Positions 12,401 to 24,271 of a DNA stretch of 64,000 nucleotides are shown here, piece by piece. Source of the DNA: Mobula hypostoma (Eukaryota). The stretch spans positions 13,392,001 through 13,456,000 of the forward strand of contig NC_086108.1 of NCBI RefSeq assembly GCF_963921235.1. The letters are read 5' to 3'. Position 1 is the first letter of the stretch, and every line of letters starts with the position of its first letter. The notes under the pieces were generated by a model. That model was not told the DNA's origin. It ran no database searches and saw only the letters and a list, made by a program, of their open reading frames with translations. The translations under genes were made by a program, and so were the position numbers.

Positions 12401-14370
12401 GTTTTGTGCAGGGTGTGACAACAAACCAAATTATCAGAAGATTGATGCTGATGAGAGAGATAAGGGAGACAATGGAGAAACATTCAAAATGCTAATAAGA
12501 GAGAAGAGAGAGATTAACGAGAAAGAAACACATTTCAGAATATTGACAGACCGGTTGCTTTGAACCTGAACTGTTTGAAGTTTGATGGACAGGAGATACC
12601 CCAGCAGGGGAATAAAAAGAACAGGTTCGCTAAGGCACGACACACACCATGAGATCACGAGATAACGAAACCCTGGAAGAGCGGTGTGCCCCCACAAGTT
12701 GGTGGGAGTTTGGAGGTCTGATCGCAGGAACCGACCATAGATGCACAGGGTGAAAGGGTACGATTGGCGGGAACCTGGCATGTGTGTCCGCCCTTGCCTG
12801 GGTGCCGGGTTCACCGCGGAAGAACGGTCGTATCCGGAACGGAGGGGTCACAGTCGGTGACCACAGAAGACATAAAAAAGGGTCCGCCCGAAAGCCAACT
12901 GCGAAGAACATCAAAGGTCTGCTGAATCAGATTTGCATATCTCTATCTCTCTCTCTAACGGCGCAACAGCGATTACTGCGAACTGTACTTAGCTGAACTG
13001 AACTCTGCGTCACTTGAGACTGATCATTTACCCCTAGACTGCGATAGAGCTTGGTTGATTCCTATTACCCTAGTTCTGTGTACATGTGTGTTTTATCATT
13101 GCTAACCTGTTGTATTTATATCCTTACGTTTAGAGTACTGTCTTACTTATTTCTTTAATAAAACTTTATTAGCTTCTGTTAAACCAGACTCCAACTAAGT
13201 GGTCCATTTCTGCTGGTTTGGCAACCCAGTTACGGGGTACATAACAAGGGGAATCTCCTGACTTACAAGTTTTTTTTTGATGAAGGTAAAACAGTAGACA
13301 TTCTTGTTTGGAGTTCAGTAATGTATTTGACAAGGTTTCACATGGTAGACTGGTCCTGAAGTTTCTGGCATATGGTGAGCTGGATAATTGAATGGAAAAA
13401 TTGGCTTGGTGATAGGAGGCAGAGGGCAGTGGAAGATATTCTAATTGGAAGACAGTGATGAGTGGTTTACTGCAGCAATCACTGTTGGGACCTTTGTTGT
13501 AATTGAATATATATTAACAACTTGGAAGAGAATGGAGAAGGTACAATTAATAAGTTTGCCATGACACAAATGTTGGTGGTGTAGTGGATAGATCAGATGG
13601 AATGTCGGCGATGTACCGGAGGATAAAGTTTAATGCCAACAAGTGTGTGAGGTGATATATTTTGGTAGGTCATTGATGGGAAGGGTATACACAATAAATG
13701 GTGGTGTGATAAGATGGAGAGAGAGACTGGGTTGTCCAAGTCCATAGTTGCTGAATAACTATGTTGGATAAGGTGGTATACTGTAGGTGACAATATGATG
13801 GCTTGTCTTCATATAAATAAGAGTTAGGATGTTATGTTGCAATGTTACAAAACACTCATATTTGGAGTACTGTCTGCTGTTCACACTATAGGGGGAATGT
13901 GGTTGCATCGGAGAGAATGTGGAGAGCTACACCAGGATGTTGCCTGATTGAGGGACATTAGTTATAGGGAGAGAATGAATAGGCTGTACTTGTTTCCCCT
14001 GGAATGAGGGAGGCAGAGGGTGACTGACAGAGATAGGTGAAATAAGAGGCATCGATAGGGTCAAAAGTCAAAATCTTTTTCCTCAGGTTGGGGGTATTAC
14101 AAACAATGACAAAGGTTTTAGGTGAGAAGTAGCATTAAAAGACATCTGAGGAGAAAGTATACTTTTATATACAGAGAATGACTGATATCTAGAATGTGCT
14201 ATGAGAAGTGGAGGTGTTGGATATATACACTGTTTCAGAGACATTTAGACCGATCATTAAATTGGCAAGGTATAGAAGGAAACAGACATAATGTGATTAG
14301 TGTAAACGGGTGAAAAGGTTAGTATGGATTTGTTGTCTGAAGGGCCTGTTTCTGTGCTTTACAACTCTGT
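9430..14370. mobile_element. Cluster of old CR1 fragments in both orientations
   Basis: Recurring CR1 ORF2 and 3' UTR remnants (ALERVQKRFTRMLPGL, KSPGP, ggcctgtttctgtgct tails); boundaries approximate. Confidence 0.7.
12414..13246 (+). mobile_element. Solo LTR (833 bp), same lineage as 24-882, inserted in a CR1
   Basis: TGT...ACA termini, TSD AGGG (12410-12413, 13247-13250); 3' end ccatttctgctggtttggcaacccagttacggggtac shared with the first LTR. Confidence 0.88.
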
Positions 14371-14416
14371 AGTCATTTAAAGATTGCAAGTGTCATTACC
14401 CAAGTTGGTTACTGAC

Positions 14417-14560
14417 CTGTGTGCACAGTATATGACAGCAGCAGACTCTTGGCCAGCCCTTGAACTGTATTAAATTTCACCACGTACTCTGTTGCAGGCT
14501 GCAGATTGCTCAAGGTGTATTCCGTCAGCAACGATGAAATGTTCACACTCTCTACTCCAC
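14417..14560 (-). CDS. TNR: Tenascin-R-like exon, second half of the FNIII-7-like domain (144 bp)
   Basis: gctttttag|GT ... ACA G|gtcagt; GGVESVNISSLLTEYTLSNLQPATEYVVKFNTVQG...TVHT. Read by hand. Confidence 0.88.
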
Positions 14561-15129
14561 CTAAAAAGCACAGTTGAAAGAGGAGCAGTCAATCAGCAAA
14601 GCCATGAATGAGTGTCAGTGTTGTCAGCACCTTCATCCTCGTGAGATTCACTTCAGTCCCTGCACACATGGCACCCTCTCCCACTCTGGAACAACCAGAA
14701 AACAGCGGCAGTGAACCTGCAGTCCCAGCTGCTACACACGGAGGCTTGTGGGTCCAAGGTACTGTACCATCCAGTAACCCAAGGATAAAACAGTGAGACA
14801 AATGAAGCTTTGTTTTGCTCTCTCTGATGGAGACAGAGTTTCATGGTACAATCCAGGGCAGTACAAATCCCTCAAACAATATCACTAAACATATTGACAT
14901 GTATAACAACGAACAATCACGGTTCATTTACATTGAGCATAATTCTTACTACATTTCCTACATTACCATGGCAATACTAATTCAATATCTGCAACCTAGG
15001 ACATGTGGAAATCATGAAAAGTCTGTACTTGTTGGATACAAAGCCCCATGTCCTATCCATGCAAACAGTGCCAGAGAAAGCCAAAATCCTTTTCTGTTCT
15101 ATGACTGGAACTTAGGAGCCATTGATTAC

Positions 15130-15258
15130 CCGAGTGGTCGGAGGCTGGATGGTAGAACATCTGATAGTAATCAAAGGGAGCATTGGGCTTGTTCCAGGAG
15201 ATGGTTACCGAATCATGAGAGATATTGCTGAAAGCAATGCTCCGTGGTGGATCCAAGG
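15130..15258 (-). CDS. TNR: Tenascin-R-like exon, first half of a later split FNIII domain (TNR FNIII-7-like, 129 bp)
   Basis: gttttgcag|CC ... TCG G|gtaatc; ALDPPRSIAFSNISHDSVTISWNKPNAPFDYYQMFYHP resembles TNR [37 protein letters not shown]. Confidence 0.88.
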
Positions 15259-15339
15259 CTGCAAAACAAAACCAGGTACAAAATGAGGATCAGAAAATCA
15301 GAAAGGTTAGCAAACCTGAGACATGGGAGGGTTATGGAG

Positions 15340-16920
15340 GGATCTGAATGAAGAAAATGCCATGTATGTGATCATTTATCAAAACTCTCTGGAGGGTCCA
15401 GTGGATTACAAGACAGCGGACGTCGTGCCACTGTTTAAAAGTATGTAAGCAAAAAGGTGGGTAACTATAGACCAGTTAGCCTCATATCTGCAGTTGGGAA
15501 AATGTTTGAAGCTATCATTATAGAAGAAATCTAGGCCCTTTATAGCATTGAGACCTAGAGGGATCTTGGGGACTGTGTCTAAAGTTCACTAAAAAATAGC
15601 TAAGTAAGTGGATAAAGTATTTTAATAAAAGGCATATGGAATGCTTGCCTTCATTGGTTAGGGTGCTGAATATAAGAGTAAGGAAGTCTTGCTGTAGCTG
15701 CAGAAAACTTTATTCCAACTGCACTTTTAGAGTAGTGTGTGCAATTTCTGTCACACCATTACAGGATGACATTGTTGTTTAAGATGGTGTTGGTGAACCA
15801 CAGCGACTTCTGGCTGGTGGCTAACAAAACAAGGATAGCAACTAAATACTTTGTTAACCATATTTTTTTTCTGGCAAACAATCATTGTAAGTAATAGTCT
15901 GTAACTTTTTATTGGACTTGGAGGCAATTTGATGAGGCAGAACCAAGGTGAGGCAGCGGTCCAGTCACCAAGAGAATGGAAGAGCATGAAAGATCAGACA
16001 CAGGCGGAATCAAAGCCACAGGGTCCAGGCCCCAGAATGTATTGACGCAACTGAATACAATGTGCATAGGGAGATTTACAGGCCGAATCAAGGTGCTGAA
16101 GTCCGGCATATCCAAACAGCAGAATCCATTGTTTGGATGGAGATTTAAGCACTAGGCCAGATTAAAAAGGTCAGTGTATCGAGGCCCAAGATGAGAAACG
16201 GGCCGGTTCAGGTTGCTGCTCGAAGCAGCAGAAGTTCAACTTCGGAAGGAGAGTTAAGCGCAGGATTCTTGGCAGTGTGGAGGAGCAGAGGGATCCTGGG
16301 GTCTACATCCATAGATCCCTCCATGTTGCCATGTCAGTCTATAAGGTGATTAAGAGGGCGTATGATGTATTGGCCTTCATTAGTCAGGAGATTGAATTCA
16401 AGAGTTACGAGTTAATGTTGCAGCTCTACGAAATCCTGGTTGGACTACACACTTAGAATATTGTGTTCAGTTTGGTCGCTCATGATAGGAAGGATGTAGA
16501 AGCTTCAGAGAGTGAGCAGTGGATGTTGCCTGTTATGAGGATGGGTTGAGTGAGCTGGGGCTTCTCTCTTTGGAGCGAAGGAGGATGAGAAATGATTTAT
16601 TAGAAATATACAAGATGGTAAGTCGCCTAGATCAAGTGGATAACCAGAGACATTTTCCCATGCGAAAATGACTAATACAAGGGGGCATAATTGACTGGAA
16701 GAAGGTATAGGGAGGATGTCAAAGACAGAGAGATGTGGGTATGTGGAACACGCTTCCAGTGTGGTAGTAGAGCAGACACTTTCTGGACACTTAAGAAACT
16801 CGTAGATAGGCACGTGTTTGATAGACAAGTAGGAGGGAAGGTTTAGATTGACCAGGTTATAAGTTCAGCACAATATCGTGGGCCAAAGTTCCTGTACAAT
16901 GCTCTAGTAGTCTACGTTCT
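15340..16920 (+). mobile_element. Old CR1 fragments with an embedded non-LTR-derived piece (about 15770-16230)
   Basis: NYRPVSL remnant, CR1 ORF2 3' part and CR1-like tail. Confidence 0.6.
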
Positions 16921-17385
16921 CAACACGAATACAACTTTCGCACACCTTTGCACCATTCCCCATTGCTTACTGTGAGCTTTAATGTTGAGAGTGACCTACA
17001 CTAATACAGTGTCGGTACCTGCTATGGATACTGTACCACTTTACCTGTTGCATCTCCCACAGATGCCTCCCCAGATAACACCAGTCCTCTCCTGTCATTA
17101 GTTTTGGTCACATTAACATCTTTTCTCAAACTCCCAACTACCTGTACATTCCACCTCTGGAAATTGCCCTAACTGCACCCCCACCCCCCATGTTACACTT
17201 GATTGCAAATTAATATTAAATAGTTCAAAGTGGAAGTCAGAAGTTTTCAGTTAAACTAAACAAAATATGCTTGAAGCATTCTGCATGTCAGGGAGAGCCG
17301 GTCTCGAACCTCAAATGATAATAGTTTCATCTTACTAAGACACTGCCCGATTTTTGAATGGTTCCTGAAGTCTCTGTTGTTATGG

Positions 17386-18162
17386 TGTTATATGCCCCTG
17401 GTTTGATCACGGGACAGTGGGATGATGTAATTGTCTCATGACCGACCGTGGGGTGATGTTATCTGACATGAAGGCATGCTCCCTACGGTATTTAAGGAAG
17501 CCCGCCAAAGTGTGACGCAGTTTTTACTTTCTATTTTAAGGTGCAAACACGTTGTTGTCGGCAGTTTCGCCAATCGCTGCCAGTTTTTGTTTGTTGCACC
17601 TTTGTTTTACCTTTACAGTCTAGTATTGGACAGTGAATATCTTACTAAAATATGAGAACCCAAAGGATTGGGTAAAGTTAACGACGTTCGGTGTTTTGGA
17701 AGTGATCGACTGTTTAGAATTGGAATCGTCTGGGAAATTGTGCAGGCACGTTTGAGTTAAACCCCTGCAAGATCAGGATGGTTTGTGCAGTGTCCACCCT
17801 CCTGAGAGAAAAGGTCAGTTACTTTATTTCTTCGTTGTTGCTTCAACAAGGCATCGCTCGACTGTGATTGGCAGATTCGTCATTTTCTTCGGAGGAATTG
17901 TTGCTGCAGTAAAGTCTCGTCTTAAAGACTGTAAAAAGCACTAGGACTTTTCAACTGACTACTTTAAGACTGTGTTCGAATTTACCACTTTAAGACCTAT
18001 TTCTAAGTTCGACTGTTTGTTTGATATAGCCACATAACGGTTAACTGCCGGTTAAGCTAGTTTGTTTACTTTTCTATGTATTTGAGTAGAGGTTAATAAA
18101 TATCATTGTTCATTTATAAAACCTGACTCAATTTCATATCCGTTGTTGCTGGACACGTGACA
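17386..18162 (+). repeat. 5' LTR of the Gmr1-like element (777 bp)
   Basis: TGTTA...TGACA termini; AATAAA near 18095; followed by the PBS. Confidence 0.92.
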
Positions 18163-18292
18163 AAAGGGGGGGGCTCGTCCTGATCTGTTCCGATTTTGGG
18201 CTTAATTGCTTGTTTAATTATCGATCTGATTGGAAAAGGGGAAATATTCGATTCCTTTTGTTTGATTGGTTTGTGTGTGGTAATCAGCAGCA

Positions 18293-19255
18293 GTGGATAT
18301 TGACAGCTTTCTGTTGTCACCAGCCCCAGCGGTATTAGCGAAGGTGAAAAACAGTGATGTATTAGAGATTGTTAAAAGGTTGGACCTTAAAGGAATATTG
18401 ACAGTTACAACTAAGCCAGTAATTCAGAGGAAAATCGTGGAACTCTATACAAATTTGGGAGTTTTTGACGAAGCAGAGTTAGATAGGTTCCCTGCCAGTA
18501 AAGAAGCGATCCAGTTACACATGGAACAGGTAGCGTTAGAGAAGCTTAGAGTAGAAGCTGAGTTAAAACAAAAACAATTAGAAGCTGACTTGGAAAGAAG
18601 TTGGTTAGAAGCTGCAAATAAACAAAAGGAATTTGAGCTAGTGATAGAGCAGTTAAGGTCTGAGAATCAGTCCTCCGGTTCCAGGAAACCATTTGTTGCT
18701 AGTCAGGCTGTTAAATTGGCTCCTCCATTTAATGAGGCAGAAGTTGATAAATACTTCCAGCATTTTGAGATAGTTGCTCGGAAATTTGAAGAAATCTATG
18801 GACCAAACTTGTGTGGAATTTGCTTACGATAAATCTGTATGTTTTGAGCGATGGGTTACCTCTAAAAATGTGAATGGGGAGTATGATACCTTGAAAGAGT
18901 TGATTTTAATGGAGGAATTTAAAAGGTGCATCCCAGTTGACGTAAGGACTTACCTGAATGAGAGGGACACTGCTACATTGCAGGAATCTGCTAATTAACA
19001 GATGAGTATGTTTTAATCCATAAGTGTTAATTTCCTCCAGGTAGAACTTTTAAGAAAAAAATTAGCATAGATAGTCAGGGTAGACCAGAAATTAAATTAG
19101 AAGTTAGTGAAAAAGGTAAGGAGGAAGGGAAACAAGTGAAGGAAAGACCTTTTGGTCCTATTTGTAATTATTGCAGGAAACCTGGTCATGTAACAGCTAA
19201 CTGTTTCCGACTGAAGAAGAAGGAGAAGGAGGCAGTCCCAGATGCCTGCGTGTAA
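18293..19255 (+). pseudogene. gag: gag of the Gmr1-like element (SCAN-like region, CCHC zinc knuckle), disrupted
   Basis: PPFNEAEVDKYFQHFE; LILMEEFKRCIPVDVRTYLNER (SCAN-like); CNYCRKPGHVTANC at 19163-19204; frameshift and stops. Confidence 0.85.
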
Positions 19256-19532
19256 CATATTGAAACACCTGTAAATCCACAGGGTTCGAGAAATTCAAAT
19301 GAAGCTTTGTCAGGGTCAGACCAAGTTAAGAGAAGAGAGGATATGATCATTTTATAACTGATCATTTTATTGGTCAGGGCATGAAAGAATATGGGGAGGA
19401 TACAGGAGATTGGGGCTGAGACACAAATGGATCAGCCATGAGGAAATGGTGGGGCAGACTTGATGGGCCAAATGGCCTAATTCCGCTTCTATATCTTAAA
19501 TCCATTGTGGTTCACTGCATAGTTTTGTATCC

Positions 19533-22500
19533 TTGAAAGAGGAGTCCACTCCAGTGCCAAGTACTGGAGCTTCTCAGTCACTTATGTTAGACAGTGTTCT
19601 AGAATTTAGTAATGAGTCTGACATTGGTGAGGTAAACTATATACGAGGTGTTGGGAGTGCCCTTATGCCTGTACATCCGCATAGAGTAATTTTAAGGTCA
19701 GGGTTAGTTTCAGGACTTGTTAAAGTAGGACTACAACCCAGTTTACCCGTGAATGATGTTTCTCTATTGTTAGGGAATGACCTAGCAGATGGACAAGTTT
19801 TTCCTGAAGTGCATTTGACAATTAAGCCCATCTCTGATGAACCAAAAATGGATTCTAACATGGATTCCTCCTGTGTTGTAACCTGAGCTACGGCCAAAAA
19901 GATTGCTGGTGCGGATGGGTCTGCTACTCATGACCGTTCAATTCAGGACTCAAATTTTGATGATTTGTCAGAAACTTTCTTACCTTCATTGTTTGATCAA
20001 GATTCTTGTAGTAAGTCTGACCATGAAGATTTGTCTCTGTCTCAGAATGAAATTATAGCAGAGCAGAGTGGAGACCCCAAGATTGTCAAATTAAAAGAAC
20101 AAGCTCTTCCAGATAGTGAAGTTGAGGAGGTGCCAGTACGATATTATTTTAAAAGTGGAGTGTTAATGAGGAAGTGGAGATCACATACAATTCCTGCAAG
20201 TGAGGAATGGGAGGTTGTTCACCAGGTAGTAGTTCCTAAAGTTTATAGGAATGAGATTTTAACTTTGACTCATAGTATGCCCTTGGCTAGCCACCAAGGT
20301 GTGAAGAAAACTGTGAACAAGGTTTTTAAATATTTTTACTGGCCTGGTTTAATAAAAGATGTGGCGACATTTTGTCAAACTTGTCACGCTTGTCAGGTTG
20401 TGGGTAAACCTAATCAAGTTACTCCAGTGGCTCCACTGCAACCTATTCCCGCATTTGGTGAACCATTTTCCAAAATTATTGTAGATTGTGTAGGCCCATT
20501 GCCAAAAACTAAAGCTAGCCACCAATATTTGCTGACTATTATGTGTACCACATCTAGGTTTCCAGAGACAATACCTCTTAGGAATATAATGGCTAAAACT
20601 GTAATAAAGGCTCTTATAAAATTCTTTATTTATTTGGATTGCCTAAGGAGATCCAATCTGATCAAGGTAGTAACTTTATGTCTGGATTGTTCCAGCAGAT
20701 AGTTTATAAGCTGGGAGCCAAACAGATTACATCGTCTGTGTATCACCCTGAATCACAAGGGGCCTTAGAGAGGTTCCATTTTACCCTCAAAACCATGATT
20801 AGGATGTTTTGTGTTGAAAATGAGGATTGCGATGAGGGCATTCATTTACTTTTGTTTGCAGTAAGGGAGTCAGTGCAGGAATCTCTAGGTTTTAGTACTT
20901 TTGAACTTGTGTTTGGGCACAGAGTTCAAGGACCTTTGGCATTATTAAAGTAACAGTGGATTAACAAAGAAGCACATTATAATTTGCTGGATTATGTTTT
21001 AAAATTTAAGGAAAGATTACAAAAAGCTTGTAGCTTAGCAAGGGAAAATTTAAAATTTGCTCAGGAGAAAATGAAAACTTGGTATGACAAGGAAGGTAGA
21101 ATGAGGTCATTTAAGCCTGAAGATCAGGTGTTGATTCTTTTCCCGGTGCAAACAAACTCTACAAGCTAAATTTCATGGTCCTTATGAGATTATATCTAAA
21201 GTTAATGATGTAAATTATGTGGTAAAAACACCAGATCGAAGAAGGCCAACACAGCTTTGTCATATAAATATGATAAAACCATATTATGAGAAACAGTCTG
21301 CTACTATGACTGCTGTGGTCAATAATAATGAGTCCGATCCCTCTGGGAATTTAATGGATGATTCATTTGAAACTCATTATAAACCAAACGTTATTTCTGC
21401 CGGATTACCAAACTCGACAATTCTGAAAAATATTGATGTGAAATTGGTTCATTTACAGTCAGAGCAGAGGCAGCAGATGAAGCAGTTAATTTTTAAATAT
21501 AGTGATTTATTTCCAGACATTCCTAAAAGAACCACAGTAGCTTCACATGATGTAGATGTTGGAGATGCCAAACCCATAAAGCAACATCTATATTGGATGA
21601 ACATGGAAAAGTGTGCACTTGCTGAATAAGAAATTAAGTATATGTTAGAGAATAATATTATTAGACCTTCTACTTCGAATTGTAGTTCATCTTGTGTCAT
21701 GGTACCTAAACCAGATGGTAGTTTCTGGTTTTGTACTGATTACAGGAAGGTGAATGCTGTAACAAAAACAAATGCATTTCCAAATCCCTAGGGTAGATGA
21801 TTGTGTGGACAAAGTGGGAAAAGCAAAGTTCCTTACAAAGATTGACTTGTTAAAAGGGTATTGGTGTGTTCCACTGACGGATAGCGGTAGAGAGATTTCT
21901 GCATTTGTAACACCATCTGGGTTATATGAATATAATGTTCTACAGTTTGGAATGAAGAATGCACCAGGAACTTTCCAGAGACTGATTAATTCTGTGATTC
22001 AGGGGTTAAAAGATAAGATGCCTTTAGTGATGATTTAGTTACAGGAAATGATACTTGGGTAGTGCATATTACTGCAATGGAGAAACTATTTGAAAGGCTT
22101 TGAAAAGCTAACCTAACTATTAACTTAGCTAAAAGTGAATTTGGTTATGCCACTGTGACCTACCTTGGTTATATTCTGGGTCAAGGTAGATTAGCTCCTA
22201 TTCAGACAAAAGTTCAGGCAATTTTAGAGGTACCCACTCCAACTGGTAAAAAGACTCTCAGAAGATTTTTGGGAATGGTAGGATATTACCGAAAATTTTG
22301 TAAGAACTTTGCTGACATTGCCCTCCCATTAACTAACCTCTTGAAGAAAGGTGAAAAGTTTGTGTGGACAGTACTTTGTCAGGAGGGCATTTGATAAATT
22401 GAAAACTATGCTGTGTCATCAACCTGTGCTCAGGTCCCCTGACTTTGAAAAACCATTTTTCATTATCTGTGGATGCCAGTGATGAGGCTGCAGGAGCAGT

Positions 22501-23416
22501 GTTACTCCAAAGGGATGAGATTGATGAGGCTGCAGGAGCAGTGTTACTCCAAAGGGATGAGATTGATGAGGCTGCAGGAGCAGTGTTACTCCAAAGGGAT
22601 GAGGGTGATGAGGCTGCTGGAGCAGTGTTACTCCAAAGGGATGCCAGTGATGAGGCTGCAGGAGCAGTGTTACTCCAAAGGGATGAGGGTGATGAGGCTG
22701 CAGGAGCAGTGTTACTCCAAAGGGATGCCAGTGATGAGGCTGCTGGAGCAGTGTTACTCCAAAGGGATGAGATTGATGAGGCTGCAGGAGCAGTGTTACT
22801 CCAAAGGGATGAGATTGATGAGGCTACAGGAGCAGTGTTACTCCAAAGGGATGAGATTGATGAGGCTGCAGGAGCAGTGTTACTCCAAAGGGATGAGATT
22901 GATGAGGCTACAGGAGCAGTGTTACTCCAAAGGGATGAGATTGATGAGGCTGCAGGAGCAGTGTTACTCCAAAGGGATGAGGGTGATGAGGCTACAGGAG
23001 CAGTGTTACTCCAAAGGGATGAGATTGATGAGGCTGCAGGAGCAGTGTTACTCCAAAGGGATGAGATTGATGAGGCTGCAGGAGCAGTGTTACTCCAAAG
23101 GGATGAGGGTGATGAGGTTGATCGTCCGGTAGCTTACTTTTCTAAGGAATTTAATGAGCATCAGAGAAATTATTCAACCATAGAAAAGGAATTATCTCTT
23201 GTTTTGGCTTTACAATATTTTGATGGTTATGTTGGTGCAACTCAGAAACCACTCATAGCTAACACCGATCATAATCCATTAGTATTTTTGACTAAGATGA
23301 AAAACAAAAATAGAAGGTTACTGAATTGGAGTTTGATGTTACAGAAGTATAATATTTTGATAACTCATATTAAAGGCAAAGATAATGTGACTGCCAAATG
23401 TCTGTCCCGATGTTGA
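19533..23416 (+). pseudogene. pol: pol of the Gmr1-like element: protease remnant, integrase (about 20200-21290), RT (about 21500-22400), RNase H
   Basis: STGASQS (catalytic Asp lost) and LLGNDL; HHCC, VDCVGP, QSDQGSNF, ESQGALER; KIDLLKGYW, FGMKNAPGTFQR; VDAS..GAVLLQ, YSTIEKE, TDHNPL. Confidence 0.9.
22481..23110 (+). repeat. Minisatellite: 15 x 42-bp in-frame tandem units (DEAAGAVLLQRDEI) inside RNase H
   Basis: Unit gatgaggctgcaggagcagtgttactccaaagggatgagatt with variant ends (DEI/DEG/DAS); 15 x 42 = 630 bp. Confidence 0.96.
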
Positions 23417-23605
23417 ATTTACAATATTTTTGAGTGGAATTTTAATATTTGTAACACTCTGACTGTACATTAGTTGCAAGGTGCTGTATGATAATTCTAT
23501 GTATATTGTGTATGTTGTAGGTTTTATACATTTGTATATTTTTTTGTAAATTGTTGTTAAAATTTTGCTCATGATAGACCAAAATTTTCCCTTTTTTGGG
23601 GAAGG

Positions 23606-24130
23606 TGTTACATGCCCCGGGTTTGATCACGGGACAGTGGGATGATGTAATGGTCTTCTGAGTGGGATGATGTAATTGTCTTATGACCGTGGGGTGATGT
23701 TATGTCACGTGATGGCATGTTCCCTATGGTATTTAAAGAAGCATGGTATTTAAGGAAGCCCGCCAAAGTGTGATACAGTTTTTACTTTCTATTTTAAGGT
23801 GCAAACACGTTGTTGCTGGCATCGCTTGACTGTGATCGGCAGATTCATCATTTTCTTCAGAGGAATTGTTGCTGCAGTAAAGTCTCTCCTTAAAGACTGT
23901 AAAAAGCACTAGGACTTTTCAACTGACTACTTTAAGACTGTGTTCGAATTTACCACTTTAAGACCTATTTCTAAGTTCAACTGTTTGTTCGATATAGCTG
24001 CATAACGGTTAACTTCTGGTTAAGCTAGTTTGTTTACTTTTCTATGTATTTCAGTAGAGATTAATAAATATCATTGTTTGTTTCTAAAACGTGACTCAAT
24101 TTCATATCCATTGTTGCTGGACACGTGACA
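23606..24130 (+). repeat. 3' LTR of the Gmr1-like element (525 bp, internally deleted)
   Basis: Matches the 5' LTR except for a deletion of about 290 bp and small duplications. Confidence 0.92.
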
Positions 24131-24181
24131 ATGGAAGCACAAGGTGGAATTGGAACAAATAAAGTAGTGCAGGGAATCTAC

Positions 24182-24271
24182 CTGTTCTTGTATTCATGGT
24201 GGCTGTAACACTTTGTTTCATCTCCTTAACAGCCGATATTCCGATACCATATTCAGTATTGGGCGATAGAT
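24182..24271 (-). CDS. TNR: Tenascin-R-like exon, second part of FNIII-4 (90 bp)
   Basis: catctgcag|AT ... ACA G|gtagat; DLSPNTEYGIGISAVKEMKQSVTATMNTRT resembles TNR [30 protein letters not shown]. Read by hand; absent from the ORF track. Confidence 0.92.

Larger units (their letters stand above)
17386..24130 (+). mobile_element. Near full-length, defective Gmr1-like Ty3/Gypsy LTR retrotransposon (gag-PR-IN-RT-RH), antisense to the host gene
   Basis: LTRs at 17386-18162 and 23606-24130, TSD ATGG, tRNA-Pro-type PBS (ggggctcgtcc), PPT ggggaagg at 23598-23605, and domain motifs in the order listed. Confidence 0.93.

Noticed and set aside
1..14416. Downstream tenascin exons (later FNIII domains, fibrinogen globe)
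   Set aside because: None found; the region is essentially all repeats, so they probably lie beyond the window start and I do not claim they are lost
18163..18185. Endogenous retrovirus suggested by the tRNA-Pro PBS
   Set aside because: No env, and the pol motifs and order are Gypsy/Gmr1-type
22481..23110. CRISPR-like array
   Set aside because: Head-to-tail units with no unique spacers, no cas genes, and a eukaryotic retrotransposon context
22473..23132. 219-aa ORF MRLQEQCYSKG...
   Set aside because: Alternative frame of the stop-free 42-bp repeat
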